From the human T2T-CHM13v2.0 reference genome, Homo sapiens: a stretch of DNA of 64,000 nucleotides. The notes under the pieces are model-generated. The model did not search any database, was not told the origin of the DNA, and saw only the letters and a list, made by a program, of their open reading frames with translations. Numbering within the stretch: position 1 is the first letter of the stretch; each line of letters opens with the position of its first letter. The position numbers and the translations under genes are program-made. Below are positions 32,618 to 48,645 of this stretch, in pieces. The stretch lies in NCBI RefSeq assembly GCF_009914755.1, contig NC_060933.1. One strand, written 5' to 3'.

Positions 32618-34659
32618 ATCTCTGCAGGGAAGGCTTATGGCCTGGGCAATTTTTAGTTCTGAGCAAGATGGCCTGGACCTTAGCTTGCTGCTGCTAGTAG
32701 ATTACTGGGAGTGTCAGATCTGTCTTGTCATGTTAATGAGAGCTGGGTGGGACTTACTGCCACCTGCTACTCTTACTCCTTGTGCGAACTCTTCTGTACA
32801 GTAGAAACAGCTATGCTTCTCCTTGGAATAATATCCCAGTGGCCAGAGAACTGTCCCTTGAGCTCCACAGGGGCCGCTGCTTGCCGTGCATGTGGAGAGC
32901 CAGAGCACAGACCTGGCTTATCCAGCCTCCACCTGGCTTTGCCCCTCCACCCGCCCTGGTAGCTTAACACAAAGGACAGAAACTTTGGGGAGCTTTATGA
33001 CCCTATCCATTGCCTGAGAAACCAGAATACCTTCCCTGGAGATATAAGGCAAGCACAAATCCCACCACTACTACCACAGCTGGTGTTCTTTTCCAAGTGC
33101 CACCTTGTGGCTAGAGGCCAACACAGTCCATTACAGCACCTCCAGGTAGAATAACACTGCACCCGGGAAGGAAGAAACTTGTGCCTGACCTCAGCTATCA
33201 CCATTGTCTGCACCACACTAGCCGACCAGGAGGTCCTGAGTCTGTTCGTGTGACCAGGTCATTACTTACTACCACTGGCATTTGAGAAAGCCAACACACT
33301 AAGGCTAGCTATAACCAAGGAATCTCACAGAGTCTATGTCACTCCCCTGCAAACCCCATCAGAGCCAGTGCTAGTACCTGCTTCTGGGAAACTTGAGAAC
33401 ACATCATATCACTGGATCCCTTGCAGACATTCCCTAGTACCAGCCTGGAGTGTGGCAGCCCCTCTAGGTGGCTAGATCCAGAAGAGCAACAGAATTCACA
33501 GTAGTCTGGCTCTCAGGGACTCCTACTTCTAGGGGAAAGGGGAGTATACTACGTCAAGGGAATACCCCATGGGACAAAGGACTCTAGATGGCAGGCCCTG
33601 AGTCCCAGATCTTTCTGCTGGTGGAAGTTTCTTTCAGCAGGGGCACAGTTGCAGTGCTGGACTTAGCAGGGAAAGTCTGCAGCTCTACTCCAACAGCCGG
33701 GCACCAAGCCTGCGGCTTGTGAAGAATCTCAGAGAGGGGGACTTCTTTTCCCCCTCATCCACCATTGCAGACACAGCTGGGGCTTCTCCCATGGGAGCTT
33801 GGTGTGAGTGCATCTATGCATAGCATTTCTGGAACACTTCAAGGTGACTGTATCCCCATAGGAGGAGCACTCTCCAGGTTCAGGCTTGCACAAGAGGTAG
33901 AGTCACAATTCTTCCTTACTTGGAACATCAACATTCCTGCAGATGAAAAGAGGTACCTGTCTGATCTGAATAGCTAGAACACAGTCAGGAGTGTGTCCTG
34001 CTGGCCTGGCAGGGGAGCTGAGGTGGCTCCCACCCTTCTGCCTGATAAAACCTCAGTGTTTCTCACTGAGAGCTCCCCCAGCCACCTCTGACAAACTTGG
34101 GACCTCTGCCCACCATTGGGTACTGCATTTACCCACCTGCTTCAGCCACAACTGGTTTCTACACAGGGATACCTCCTCTGCTGGCCTGAAGCCCAGACTG
34201 TTCAACCAGTAAATAAAATACTAGGGAAAAATAAGTAAACAAAAAGGTGTATACCACAGGGGAATGAAATAAGTAAGCTTCAAGAGAACTCTGCTGTTCC
34301 AACCCCCTGTGAGACAGTAAACTTGCGCACATACTGTGCACATTGTTACTACAAACTAGCATCTGAGAAGGCCATCATACAAAGACTGCCAGTAACCAAG
34401 GAACTTACGTAGAATCTTCACCCCTGAAAGCACCAAGAGCCGAATTAGGCTACAGTAAACATTAAAGTCAGATCCTTAAGAGGGTAAAAAGAAATTTTTA
34501 AAAAACACAATCAAAATAATTCTATAATAACTAGAAGAAATGGTCTACCCAAAAGAGAAGGAACCAGAAAAATAATTCTGGTAACATGGCAAAACAGGGT
34601 TCTGTAGCACCCCCAAAAGATCACATTAGCTCTCCAGTGATGGATCCAAACAAAGATGA

Positions 34660-34968
<309 letters not shown>

Positions 34969-37745
34969 TGAAATATTTGAAATACCAGATAAAGAATTCG
35001 AATGGTTGATTATTAAGCTTTGATTATTTCCTTGAGTACAAGGAGATACCAGAGAAAGGTGAAAGCCAACACAAAGAAATTAAAAAAAAAAAATTCAGGA
35101 TATGAATGAAAAATTTTCTAAAGAGATAGAGATCTTGAAGAATAGCTAATCAGAACTTCCATAAATGAAAGACACATTTAGGGAATTACAAAATGCAATG
35201 GAAAGATTTAAAAATAGACTAGAACAACCAGAAGAAAGAATTTCAGAGCTTGAAGACAAGGCTTTCAAATTAACCCAATCAGAAAAAATAAAAAAGAATA
35301 AAAATAAATGAACAAAGTCTCCAAAAATATGGAATTAAGTAAAATGGCCAAACCTAATAATAATTGATGTTCCTGAAGGAGAAGAAAAAGCAAAAAGTTT
35401 GGAAAACTTATTTGAAGGAATAAATGAGGAAAACTTCTCTGACCTTGCTAGAGATTTAGATATCCAAATACAAGAAGCGTAAAGAAATCCTGGGAGATTC
35501 CTTGCAAAAAGGACATTACCAAGCATATAGTCATCAGGCTATCTAAAGTCGATGTGAAGGAAAGAATTCTAAGAGCAGTGAGACAAAACCATCAGTTAAC
35601 CTGTAAAGGAAAACCCATCAGACTAACAGAAGACTTCTCAGCAGAAACCTTACAAGCCAGAAGGGATTGGGGTCCTATCTTTAGCCTCCTTAAACAGAGT
35701 AACTGTCAGCCAAGAATTTTGTATCTAGCAAAATTAAGTTTCATAAATGAAGGAGAAATAAAGTCATTTTCAGACAAATGATGAGGGAATTTGTCACTAC
35801 CATACCAGCCCTACAAGAAATTCTAAAAAGAGTTCTAAATCTTGAAACAAAAGCTTGATAGGCAGCAAAATAGGACCTCTGGAAAGCATAAAACTAACAA
35901 AACCTATGAAACAATAACACAATGAAAAATACAAAGTATCTAGATAACAACATGATGAATGGAACAGTACCTCACCTCTCAATATTAATGTCACATATAA
36001 ATTGCTTAAATGCTCCACTTAAATGATACAGATTGGCAGAATGGATTAAAAAAATCACAAACCAAATATCTGCTGTCTGCAAGAGATTCACCTAACATGT
36101 AAGGATTTATATAAACTCAAGGTAAAGGGGTAGAAAAAGATACTCCATGTAAATGGAAACCAAAAGCAAGCAGGAGTGGCTATTCTTATCTAAAATAAAA
36201 TAGACCTTAAAGCAACAACAGTGAAAAAAAGACAAGGTAATTATACAATGATATAAGGCTCAATCCAACGAGAAGGTATTACAATCCTAAATTTATATGC
36301 ACCTAACGCTGGAGCTCCCAGGTTCGTAAAACAGTTACCGCTAGACCTACTAAATGAGATGGATAGCAACATAATAATAGTGGGGAACTTCAGTATTCCA
36401 CTGACAGTGCTAGAGAGATCATCAAGACAAAGTCAACAACAACAAAAAAAATTGACTTTAAATGACACTCTCAAACAAATGGACCTAACAGATATTTACA
36501 GAACGTTCTATCCAAGATATGCACAATATACATTCTTCTCATCAATACATTTAACATTCTCCAAGATAGACCATATGATAGGCCACAAAACAAGTCTTAA
36601 TAAATTTATAAACATCAAAATTATATCAAGTATTTTCTCAGACCACAGTGGAATAAAAGTAGAAATTAACTGCAAAAGAAACCCTCAAAACTATACAAAT
36701 ACATGGAAATTAAACAATCTGCTCCTGAATTATTTTTGAGTTAACAATGAAATCAAGATGGAAATTTAAAAATTCTTTTAAATGAATGACAGTAGTGACA
36801 CAGATTATTAAAACCTCTTGAGATACAGCAAAAAAAAAAGTGCTAATGGGAACGTTTATAGTGCTAAATGCCTGCATCAAAAAGTCGGAAAGATCACAAG
36901 TTGACAATCTAATATCACACCTCAAGGAACTAGAGAAACAAGAACAAACTAAACCCAAAGCTAGCATAAGAAAAGAAATAATAAAAATCAGAGCAGAACT
37001 AAATGAAATTGAAACAAAAAAATGCAAGAGATAAATGAAAAAAAGCTGGTTCTCTGAAAAGATAAAATTGATAGACTATTAGCTAGATTAACCAAGAAAA
37101 AAGAAAATTCAAATAAATTCAATTAGAAATAAAACTGGAGATATTACAGTTGACACCACAGAAACATAAAAGATCATTCGAGACTACTAACAACACCTCT
37201 ATGCACACAAACTAGAAAATCTAGAGGAAATGGATAAATTCCTGGAAACATACAACTCTCCTAGATTAAGTTGGGAAGAAATAGGTCCCCTGAACAGACT
37301 AATAACAAGCAGTGAGATTGAATGAGTAATTTTTAAAAATTGCTAGCAATAAAAAAGCCCAGGGCCAGATGGATTCTAATGTGAATTCTACCAGGCATTA
37401 AGAGAAGAATTGGTACCATTTCTACTGAAATATTTCAAAAGATTGAGAAAGAAGTAATCCTCCCTAAAACATTCTATGAAGCCAGTATCACCCTGATACC
37501 AAAACCAGGAAAGAACATTAAAAAAAAAGAAAACTACAGACCAATATCCCTGATAAACATAGATGCAAAAATCATCAACAAAATACTAGCTAACCAAATC
37601 GAACAGCACATCAGAAAGATCAAGTGGGTTGATCAAACCTACTATAATCAAGTGGGTTTCATCCCAGGGATGCAGGGATGGTCTAACATCTATGGAAGTC
37701 AATAATCATGACACATCACATAAACAGAATTAAAAACATATGATT

Positions 37746-38140
<395 letters not shown>

Positions 38141-40302
38141 TCAAAATAATAAAAGCCACATATAACAAACCCATAGTCAACATCATACTGAAAGGGAAAA
38201 GTTGAAAGTATTCCCCCTGAGAACTGGAACAAGACAAGGATGCCCACTTTCACCATTTCTATTCAACATAGTCCATTAGGAAGTCCTAGCCAGAGCAATC
38301 AGGCAAGAGAAAGAAATAACAGGCATCTCAGTTGGAAAGAGGACATCAAACTATCTCCATTCACTGGTGATGTGGTCATATACCTAGAAGACCCTGAAGA
38401 CTCCTCCAGAAGACTCCTAGATTTAATAAACGAATTTTGAAAAGTCTCAAGTTACAAAATCGGTGTACACAAATCAGTAGCACTACTATACACCAACAAC
38501 CACCAAGCTAAGAATCGCATCAAGAACACTCAATCCCTTTTAAAACAGCTGCAAAAAATATAAAATACCTAGGAATATATTTAACTAAGGAGGTGAAAGA
38601 TCTCTACAAGGAGAACTATAAAACAATGCTGAAAGAAATCATAGATGATACAAACAAATGGAAACATATCCCATGCTCATGGATTAAGAAGAATCAATAC
38701 TGTGAAAATGACCACAGTGCCCAAAGCAATCTACAGATTCAATGCAAGTCCTATCAAAATGCCAGCATAATTTTTCACAAAATTAGGAAAAACAATTCTA
38801 TAATTTATATGGAACCAAAAAAGACCCTGAATAGCCAAAGCAATCATAAGTAAAAAGAACAAACCTGGAAGCATCACATTACCAGACTTCAAATTATACT
38901 ACAAGGCTATAGTTACGAAAACAGCATAGTACTAGTATAAAAGTAGGAACGTAGACCAATGGAATGGAATAGAGAACAGAGAAATAAAGCCAAATACTTA
39001 CAACCAACGGATCTTTGACAAAGCATACAAAAACATGAACTGTGGAAATGACACCCTATTTAATAAATGGTGCTGGGAAAACTGGTTAGCCACATGTAGA
39101 AGAATGAAACTAGATCCCAATCTCTCACTGTATACAAAAGTCAACTCAAGATGGATCAAGACTTAAATCCAGCACCTAAAACCATAAAAATTCTAGAAGA
39201 TAACCTTGGAAAAACTCTCTTGAACATAGGCCTTGGCAAAGAATTCATGACTAAAACCCCAGAAGTAAATGCAACAAAACAAATAAATGGGACCTAATTA
39301 AACTAAAAAGCTTCTGCACAGCAAAAGAAATAATCATCAGAGTAAACAGATAACCTACAGAATGGGGGGAAATATTTGTAAACCCTGCATCCATCAAAGG
39401 ACTAATATCCAGAATCTAAAAGAAACTCAAACAAATCAGCAAGAAAAAAACTAATAATCCCATCAAAAAGTGAGCAAATGACATGAATAGACATTTCTCA
39501 AAAGAAGATATACAAATGTCCAACAAACATGAAAAAAATGCTCAGCATTACTAATCATCAGGGAAATGCAAATTAAAACTGCAATGATATACCACCCTGC
39601 TCCTACAAGAATAGCCAAAAAAGATATTGGTATGGATATGGTGAAAAGAGAAGGATGTGGTTGTAAGTATTTGGCTTATACACTGCTGGTGGGAATGTAA
39701 ATTAGTACAATCTCTATGGAAAACAGTATGGAGATTCCTTAAAGAACTAAAAATAGATCTTCCATTTGATTCAGCAGTCCTACTGCTGGGTATCTACTCA
39801 AAAGAAAAGAAGTAATTATGTGAAAAAGACACATGCACACATTTATTGAAGCACAGTTCACAGTCGCAAAGACACAGAACCAACCTAAATGCGCATCAAC
39901 CAATGGGTGGATAAAGAAAATTTCATATATATATACACCATGGAATACTACTCAGCCATAAGAAGGAATGAAATAATGTCTTTTGCAGCAACGTGGGTGG
40001 AGCTGGAGGACATTATTCTAAGTGAAGTAACTCAGGAATGGAAGACTAGCTACTGTTATGTTCTCACTTATAAGTGAGAGCTAAGCTATGAGTACACAAA
40101 GGCATACAAAGTGGTAAAATGGACTTTGGAGACTCAGAAGGGGGAGGGTGCAAATGGAGTGAGGAATAAAAAACTACATATTGGGTACGGTGTACATTGC
40201 TTGGGTGATGGGTGCACCAAAATCTCAGAATTCACAACTATATAATGCATCCATGTAACCAAAATCACTTGTACCTCAAAAGCTACTGAAATATTTTAAT
40301 GG

Positions 40303-40780
40303 TTTTTTTAATTAACATGAAGTTATATATATTTATTGCATACAACATGTTTTGAAATGCACACACACACACAAAACCCCTTCCAGAATGGTTAAATTAA
40401 GCTAATTAACATATACATTACCTCACATAGTTGTCATTTTTATGGTGAGAGCACTTAAAATCTACTCTTTGAATTTTTCAAGAATACAATGTATTGTTAT
40501 TTATTATAGTCACCATGTTGTACAATAGATCCCTGGAACTTATTCTTCCTATCTAACTGAAATTTGTAACCTTTGATCAACATTTCCCCAACTCCTCCCT
40601 CATCAGCCTCCCAGCCCCTGGTAACCACCATACTATCCAGCCATGAAAAAAGAGGTAAATCCGTCATTTTGTAACAACATGGATGAATCTGGAGAACATT
40701 ATGTTAAGTGAATAAATCAGACACAGAAAGACAAATACTGCATGATCTGACTCATATGTGGCATCTAAAAAAGCTGATCT
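40303..40780 (-). mobile_element. L1MA 3' end (minus, 40303-~40637) plus inverted segment (plus, ~40638-40780)
   Basis: Strand switch after cccagcccctggtaaccacca; followed by TSD catggtctctacct. Confidence 0.75.
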
Positions 40781-41021
40781 CATGGTCTCTACCTATAAGG
40801 AGCTCTTTGTTTAGTGGGAGAATGCTGGTATTGTAAGTAAGCATGATAAGTAAGTTAAATATAAACCATGGGATGTAGCTGTGGGTAGACTGAACCAGAA
40901 ACACATGATGAAATGGTGGCGAGAAAGCAAATTAGTTACTGCCCTTTCTGCAGGGCCATGGATACTGGCCTTTTCTGTGATGACTCTCTGCTACATCATT
41001 TAGCTGTTCTTCTTAGCATAC

Positions 41022-41148
41022 ATTTTTTTTTAAGAGATGGTGTCTTGCTTGTTGCCCAGGCTGGTGTTGAACTCCTGGGCTCAAGCAATCCTCCCCCTTA
41101 AGCCTCCCAAAATGCTGGGATTACAGGTGTAAGCCACCATGCCTAGTC
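41022..41148 (-). mobile_element. Alu monomer (FLAM-like)
   Basis: Single Alu arm. Confidence 0.8.
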
Positions 41149-41384
41149 ATTTTACCATTCCTTACATGGAAATATCTAGTGGTTATGCTCCAGATATCTC
41201 AGAAATGAAGTCTGGAGAGATGAAAAATAAATTTTCTTGTGTATTCAAGACTTTAAGCCATATGGTTAGCTAAAATCTACTGATAGCTGTAATGTTTTAG
41301 ATTGTTATTTGACTACCATAGGATAAATTGTGATCATTTGGAATCTGTGTGAGAAATTCCAGTATTCTTAATGCGAACTGACTC

Positions 41385-41744
41385 TGTATTAGTTCGTTCT
41401 CATGCTGCTATAAGGAAATACCCAAGACTGGGTAATTTGTAAAGAAAAGAGGTTTAATTGACACACAGTTTCCACATGACTGGGGAGGCCTCAGGAAACT
41501 TACAATCATGGCAGAAGTCACCTCTTGGCAGGGCAGCAGGAGAGAGAATGAGTGCAAACAGGGGAAATGCCAGAGACTTATAAAATCAGATCTCATGAGA
41601 CTCATTCACTATCATGAGAACAGCATGGGGGAAACCACCCCTGTGATCCAATTACCTCCACGTGGTCCCACCCTTGACACGTGAGGATTATGGGATTACA
41701 ATTTAAGATGAGATTTTGGGTGGGGTCACAGCCAAACCATAACT
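41385..41744 (-). mobile_element. THE1/MST MaLR solo LTR
   Basis: tgtattagt...gactgggtaatt...aaagaggtttaattgac...gccaaaccata. Confidence 0.88.
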
Positions 41745-42610
41745 GTCTCCAACTAATCTGACTTGAAATTAGCCCTTTATCCTTCCCCTTGCAGCTGTCT
41801 TCACTTATTTTTAGAGACAGGAAAAGGAGATTTCTATGACAGCCATTAAATGACTTGGCTGAAATCACCTAGGCCTGCTAATCTGGAACTACAGCAAGGG
41901 GTCATTGCTAAATTTGCCCTGCCAGCACCTGGGCTTAATGGAACTGTGAGTATAGTAGTATATGGAGAGTAAGCCTTGACTAATCTAGTAGTTAAGAGAC
42001 TTGCACTCCGGAAGATCATCTCATTGTTCTTGCATTAGCTGGAAAATCCCATTTGTGATCAATTCACCATTGTGAGCAAGGAAATATTTGTTCAGAATCT
42101 CCTAAGCCTGATTGCCACCTGACTAACTGGCCTTCATTCCTTTTCTGCCCTCCTCCTTCTTTTCCTGGTTACTTAAATTTCAGCGTGCTACTTTCTTTTG
42201 TTTCATCTTACAGAGCTCATTTTCCATTTTAGTTTCTGCCATTTCCTTGCTAGGATAATCGCCAATCTTCTGTAGCTTTAACCCCTAAAACCCGAGGTGG
42301 TATTACATATGTTGCGTAAGAGCTAAGTCTTTCACCCTGGCATTTGAGTCAAAACTCTAAGCATTATATCCTTAAACAGAGGCTTCTTCTATTTTGAGAC
42401 TTCTACTACCTTTTTACCAGGTAGACAGAATTCTCCTCACTAGACTATGGCTTTTGTACCCTTCCTTTTCCACTACCTGGATTAGCCTAGTGCATCCACA
42501 GAAGGTAGCTGAAAGTTCAAAATCTATTTTGGGCACAGACAACTATATCAATGATGCATATGGAATCTCCTTGACATATTATAAGATAAATAACAGAATA
42601 TAACATTTAA

Positions 42611-42982
<372 letters not shown>

Positions 42983-43337
42983 TGAAAATGTGTACTTTTG
43001 ATTTGTCAGGAATCAGATAGGCACTTTACATTTATCATCTCATTTAGCCCTATTAGTATATACAGTAGGTTTTACTACCCCATTTTACACATGAAGAAAC
43101 TAAAGCCAAGAAATGAAAAGTGACTTGCCCTAGGTCACTTAACAATTTAGTTGCAGAGTCCAGTCTAGAATAGCTAAAATGTCCTGAGCATTTTTAATTA
43201 TTAGGAATTGTTTTCAAATATTTTGTGTGCCTTAACTCATTAATCCTCCCAATAACCTTATGAGTAGATATTATTATCATTTCCATCTTACAGAAAAATA
43301 AAATGAATCTCAGGTTAAGTTACTTTCCCAAGGCTAA

Positions 43338-44398
43338 GAAATCTGGCTTTCTAGCCCCCAATTCCTCTTCTCCTCCTGGTGAAAATCCTATTTTCCTTTT
43401 TCCTTCTTTCTTTGTGGCAGGTCTGTCATCAAAGAACCAAAACAAGGTGAAGGTTAATCCTGCCCTGACTTTGGAGTCTCAATCTGTCTTTGCCAACTCA
43501 GGCTCTGAAGTGGAAGACTAAGATTTGAACCCTGACAGCCTGACTCAATTGTCTGTGTTCTTAACCACTATGGGAGCTTTCTATATTTTTTAACTTTAAG
43601 TCTACTGCACATTTTATAACACCAGCTTGCCTCACTTCACCAAGATGTCTGGCCCTTTTAGTTCAGTTATTTCACCATGCGCAGGCCAGCTTTTAGGACA
43701 GGTCCTTTGAAACCAGTCTTTGAATAGGCTGTAGATTCAACCCTCAGTTCCTAATGGAGAATGAATTTTCCACAGTCACCAGTGGCTAGAAGTAGGTGTT
43801 TGTCCCCTTGAGTTCCATAGCTAGGACTTCTTCAACTAGACTATTTCCTAGACTCTCCTTGTCTCAACTAATTTCCAACCTTCTGTCATTCTAACCTCTC
43901 ACCCATAATTCACATTTTGTCATTCTCGTTTCAGCCAAACAGGAATAACCTTTGAATTAACAAGTAATGGGGAAAACACTTAGTCACCCAGTCTTCTCTT
44001 ACAGTATTTACATGCCCCAGGGAATCTTGAATTAATCTTTATTATCCAGTCTGAAAACTTTCTTCCTGCCTTTATGATCTCAAACAAGACTGGTTACTTT
44101 CTTTCCTTACAGCCTGCCTTTTTTCTCTCTCAAACATTTAGTTTATTCTCTTAGATGGTTGTGCAAAGTGATGTTTTAACCACTTTTCTCATCATTCCTT
44201 CTTTTCCTTCATCGTAGACCTCTTAGGAAATCTGGCTTTCTAGCCCCCAATTCCTCTTCTCCTGGTGAAAATCCTACTTTCCTTTCTCCTTCTTCTTTCT
44301 TCATGGCAGGTCTGTCATTAAAGAGCCAGAACAAGGTGAAGGTTAATCCTGCCCCTACTTCGGAGTCTCAATCTGTCTTTAGCAACTCAGGCTCTGAA
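43338..44398 (+). repeat. Two ~170-bp direct copies (43338-43509 and 44227-44398)
   Basis: Both read gaaatctggctttctagcccccaattcc...caactcaggctctgaa. Confidence 0.92.
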
Positions 44399-47023
44399 CC
44401 TTGAGATCTACTGCTTTACTTTACTCTTCAACTCAAAGAGGGAGATATGTGTTCAGTATTCAGTTGTTGCATAGAGGCTGAACCCCAGGTATCCCTCAGA
44501 ACTAGTGAGAGAATGGCCTGTTTCACCCAGATAAGTTGCTGGCAGAGGCTGTTAGACCCTTGTTAGGTTAAAAAATAATCAGGGATATTTAGGATTAAAT
44601 TTAATAAGAAATGTGAAATCCAGTAAGAAAATATTATAACTTTATCAAAAGTTATAAAATAATATTTTTAAACAAATAGAAACGTTTTACTGGTCTGAAG
44701 GGATAAATGGCATGGGAGAAACTGATTTTATTCAGTAATCCATTAATATATTGAGTATGAACATAGCCTGTCCAAGGACTGGAGAATCTCAACACTAGTA
44801 GAAACACCAGTACTTCTCTGGTACCCTGCCTTAATCAGGTAGCTATCTGTGCCCCTTGAGAAAGTCCCTGCACAAAGGGCCTATGCCATACACCAGCTCT
44901 AAATCCTAGATGTGACTAAATTATCTGAGCTATGCATATTCCACTGCTTCAGAGAAGCTAAGCTTCAATGATTAGCAGAAGCCCTTGTATCACACAGTTG
45001 TAAATAAGCCACTAACCAGTCAAAATAAAGCTCCACAAAATATATCAATCCCATCTCACATAAGTATAAAACTTCTCCCATGTTTATTCAACTAGTAATC
45101 ATCCAGTAACCATTCATCCTAATAATCACAAGAATAAAATATAAGAAGGAAGAAATGTACTAGTACAGTAGAACAAACTACAAGCTGCATAGCTGGGTTG
45201 TAAGCATAGTCCAGAGAAGACTCATAGCCATTTGCTTATGTATTGCTGGTAAGCTGACTATATAGACATGATCATCATGCACAAAGGAGTGGCGTCCCAG
45301 GAGGACACCAACAGCTATCTCTCTGTCTCTCTCACAGGAATATAGCATGTTACCAGATAGGGGGCTAATATTGCAAAAATGTCAACTCTATCCAAATTAG
45401 TGTACATAATCTAAATCTGTTTACTCTCAAATCCTTGGGTAAACCTAGCTGAACATCCCAGTTTCATCTTGGTCACAATTTGTACAAATGGTAACCACAA
45501 AGAAAAAGCCTCTAGTAGATACAGAAAAGAGAAAGATAGGAATCAAAGCACACCACTACAAAAGTCATCAGATCACAAAGGAAGACAGCAAGAGAGGAAC
45601 AAAGGAACTACAAAACACTCAGAAAACAACAAAATGGCAATAGTAAATACCTATCTTAAATTACTTTAAATGTAAATAGATTGAATTCTCCCATCAAAAG
45701 ACTGACTAGAATGGTTGAATGAAAAAACAAAACAAAACAAAAAAATAAGATCTAACAATATGCTACCCACAAGAGAGTCACTTTAACTTTAAGGACATAC
45801 ATAGGCTGAAAGTGAAGGGATGTAAAAAGATACTCCATGCAAATGGTAACCAAAAGAGGGCAAGGGTGGCTATGCTTATGTCAGAAAAATCTGTCATAAA
45901 AGACAGAAAGGTCATTATTTAATGATAAAGGGGCCAATTCATAAATAGGATATAACACTAGTGAATATAAATGCATCCAACAACAGAGCACTTAAATGTA
46001 TAAGGCCAAAGGAAGACAGCAAGAGAGGATCAAACGAACTACAAAACACTCAGAAAACAATTAACAAAATGGCAATGCTAAATACTTACCTATCTATAAT
46101 TACTTTAAGTGTATAAGGCAAAGATAAACAGAACTGAAGGGAGAAATAGACAGCAGTACAGTAAAGTAGAGAACCTCAATAATCCACTTTCAACAGTAGA
46201 ATCATTCAGAAAGAGAATCAAGGAAACAGTGGACTTGAATAACACTATGAACAAATGGACCTAACAGATATATACAGAACATTCCATTCCCAAACAGCAG
46301 AATATATTGTTCTTTTCAAGTGCACATGGATCTGTTCTCCAGTATAAATCATATTTTGGGCCACAAAACACGTCTTAACAAATGTAAAAAGATTGAAAGT
46401 ATATTAAGTATCTTTCCTAACTACATGGTATGAAACTAGAATAACAACCAATGGATGAAAAAAAAATCCAAAAGGTGAAATAAAAATACCTTTATACAAG
46501 TGGAAACATAACAAAACTTATGGGATGCAGCAAAAGTTGTTCTAAGAGAAAAGTTTATTGCAATAAATGCCTACATTAAGGAAAAAAAAAGAAAGATCTC
46601 AATTAAACAACCTACTTTTATACCTTAAGGAACTAGGAAAAGAACAAATTAAGCCCAAAGTTAGCAGAAGGAAGGAGTTAGAGTAAAAATAAATAAAATG
46701 GAGAATAGAAAAACAAGAAAAAATAATGAAACTAAGAATTGGTTTATTGAAAAGATAAACACAATTGACAAACCCTTAGGTAAACTTTTATTTTTAAAAG
46801 ACTCTAAAATCCAAAATGAAAGAGAAAATGTACAACTGATGCCACAAAAATAAAAGGGATCACAAGAGACTATTATAAAGTTATATGCCAACAAATTGAA
46901 TAACCTAGAAGAAATGGATAAATTCCTGGAGACATGCAACCTACCAAGCCTGATTAACAAAGAAAAAATCTGAACAGACTAATAAGTAAGGAGATCGAAT
47001 TAGTAATCAAAAACCTCCCAGCA

Positions 47024-47354
<331 letters not shown>

Positions 47355-47926
47355 TCACAGGTTAATTCTATCAAACATTTAAAAAATAATTAACACTAGT
47401 CCTTCTTAAACTCTTCCTAAAATTGAAAAAGAGAGAACACTTTCAACTCATTTTATCATGCCAGCATTACTCTGATACCAAAGCCAGACAAAGACACTAC
47501 AAGAAAAGAAAATTATTGGCCAATACTTCTGATAGATGCAAAAATCCTCAACAAAATCCTAGCAAATAAATTCAGTATCACAGTAAAAGAATCATATGTC
47601 ATGACCAAGTAGGTCTTATCTCTAGGATGCAGAGATCACTTAACATATGCAAATTAATCAATGTGATATACCACATTAACAGAGTGAAGGGTAAAAACTG
47701 CATTAACTCAGTAGATACAGAAAATGCATATGGTCAGTTGATTTTTAACAAGGACGTTAAAACTATTCATTGGGAAACGAATAGTCTTCAATAAATGGTG
47801 CTGGTAGAACTGGATATACACAATACAAAAATATAAAAATAAAAACGGACCCCTATTTCACCATATGCAAGAATTAATGCAAAATAGATCAAAGACTTAA
47901 ATGTAAGAGCTAAAACTATAAAACTC

Positions 47927-48300
<374 letters not shown>

Positions 48301-48521
48301 TGACACGAAAAACACAAGTGACCAAAGAAAATGCATATAGGACTTCATCAAAATAAAAAACTTTGTTGCTTCAAAGCCAACCATCAAGAAAATGAAAAGA
48401 CAACTCAGAATGGTACAAAATATTTGCAAGTCATATATTTGATAAGGGCCTTCTATCCAGAATATATAAAGAACTCTTACAGTTCAGTGATAAAGAGACA
48501 ACGCAATTTAAAAATGGTCAA

Positions 48522-48645
48522 AGACATTAACAGGGGAACAGTAGACACTGTGGACTACTAGAGGGGGAGGGGTTGTGGGTGCAATATACCTATGCCACAA
48601 AACTGCACATGCACCCCTGTCTGTAAAACAGAAGTTGAAATTTTT
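48522..48645 (+). mobile_element. Very short old L1PA 3'-end insertion
   Basis: tagacactgtggactactagaggggga...aaactgcacatgcacccc; TSD aaaatggtcaaa. Confidence 0.6.
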
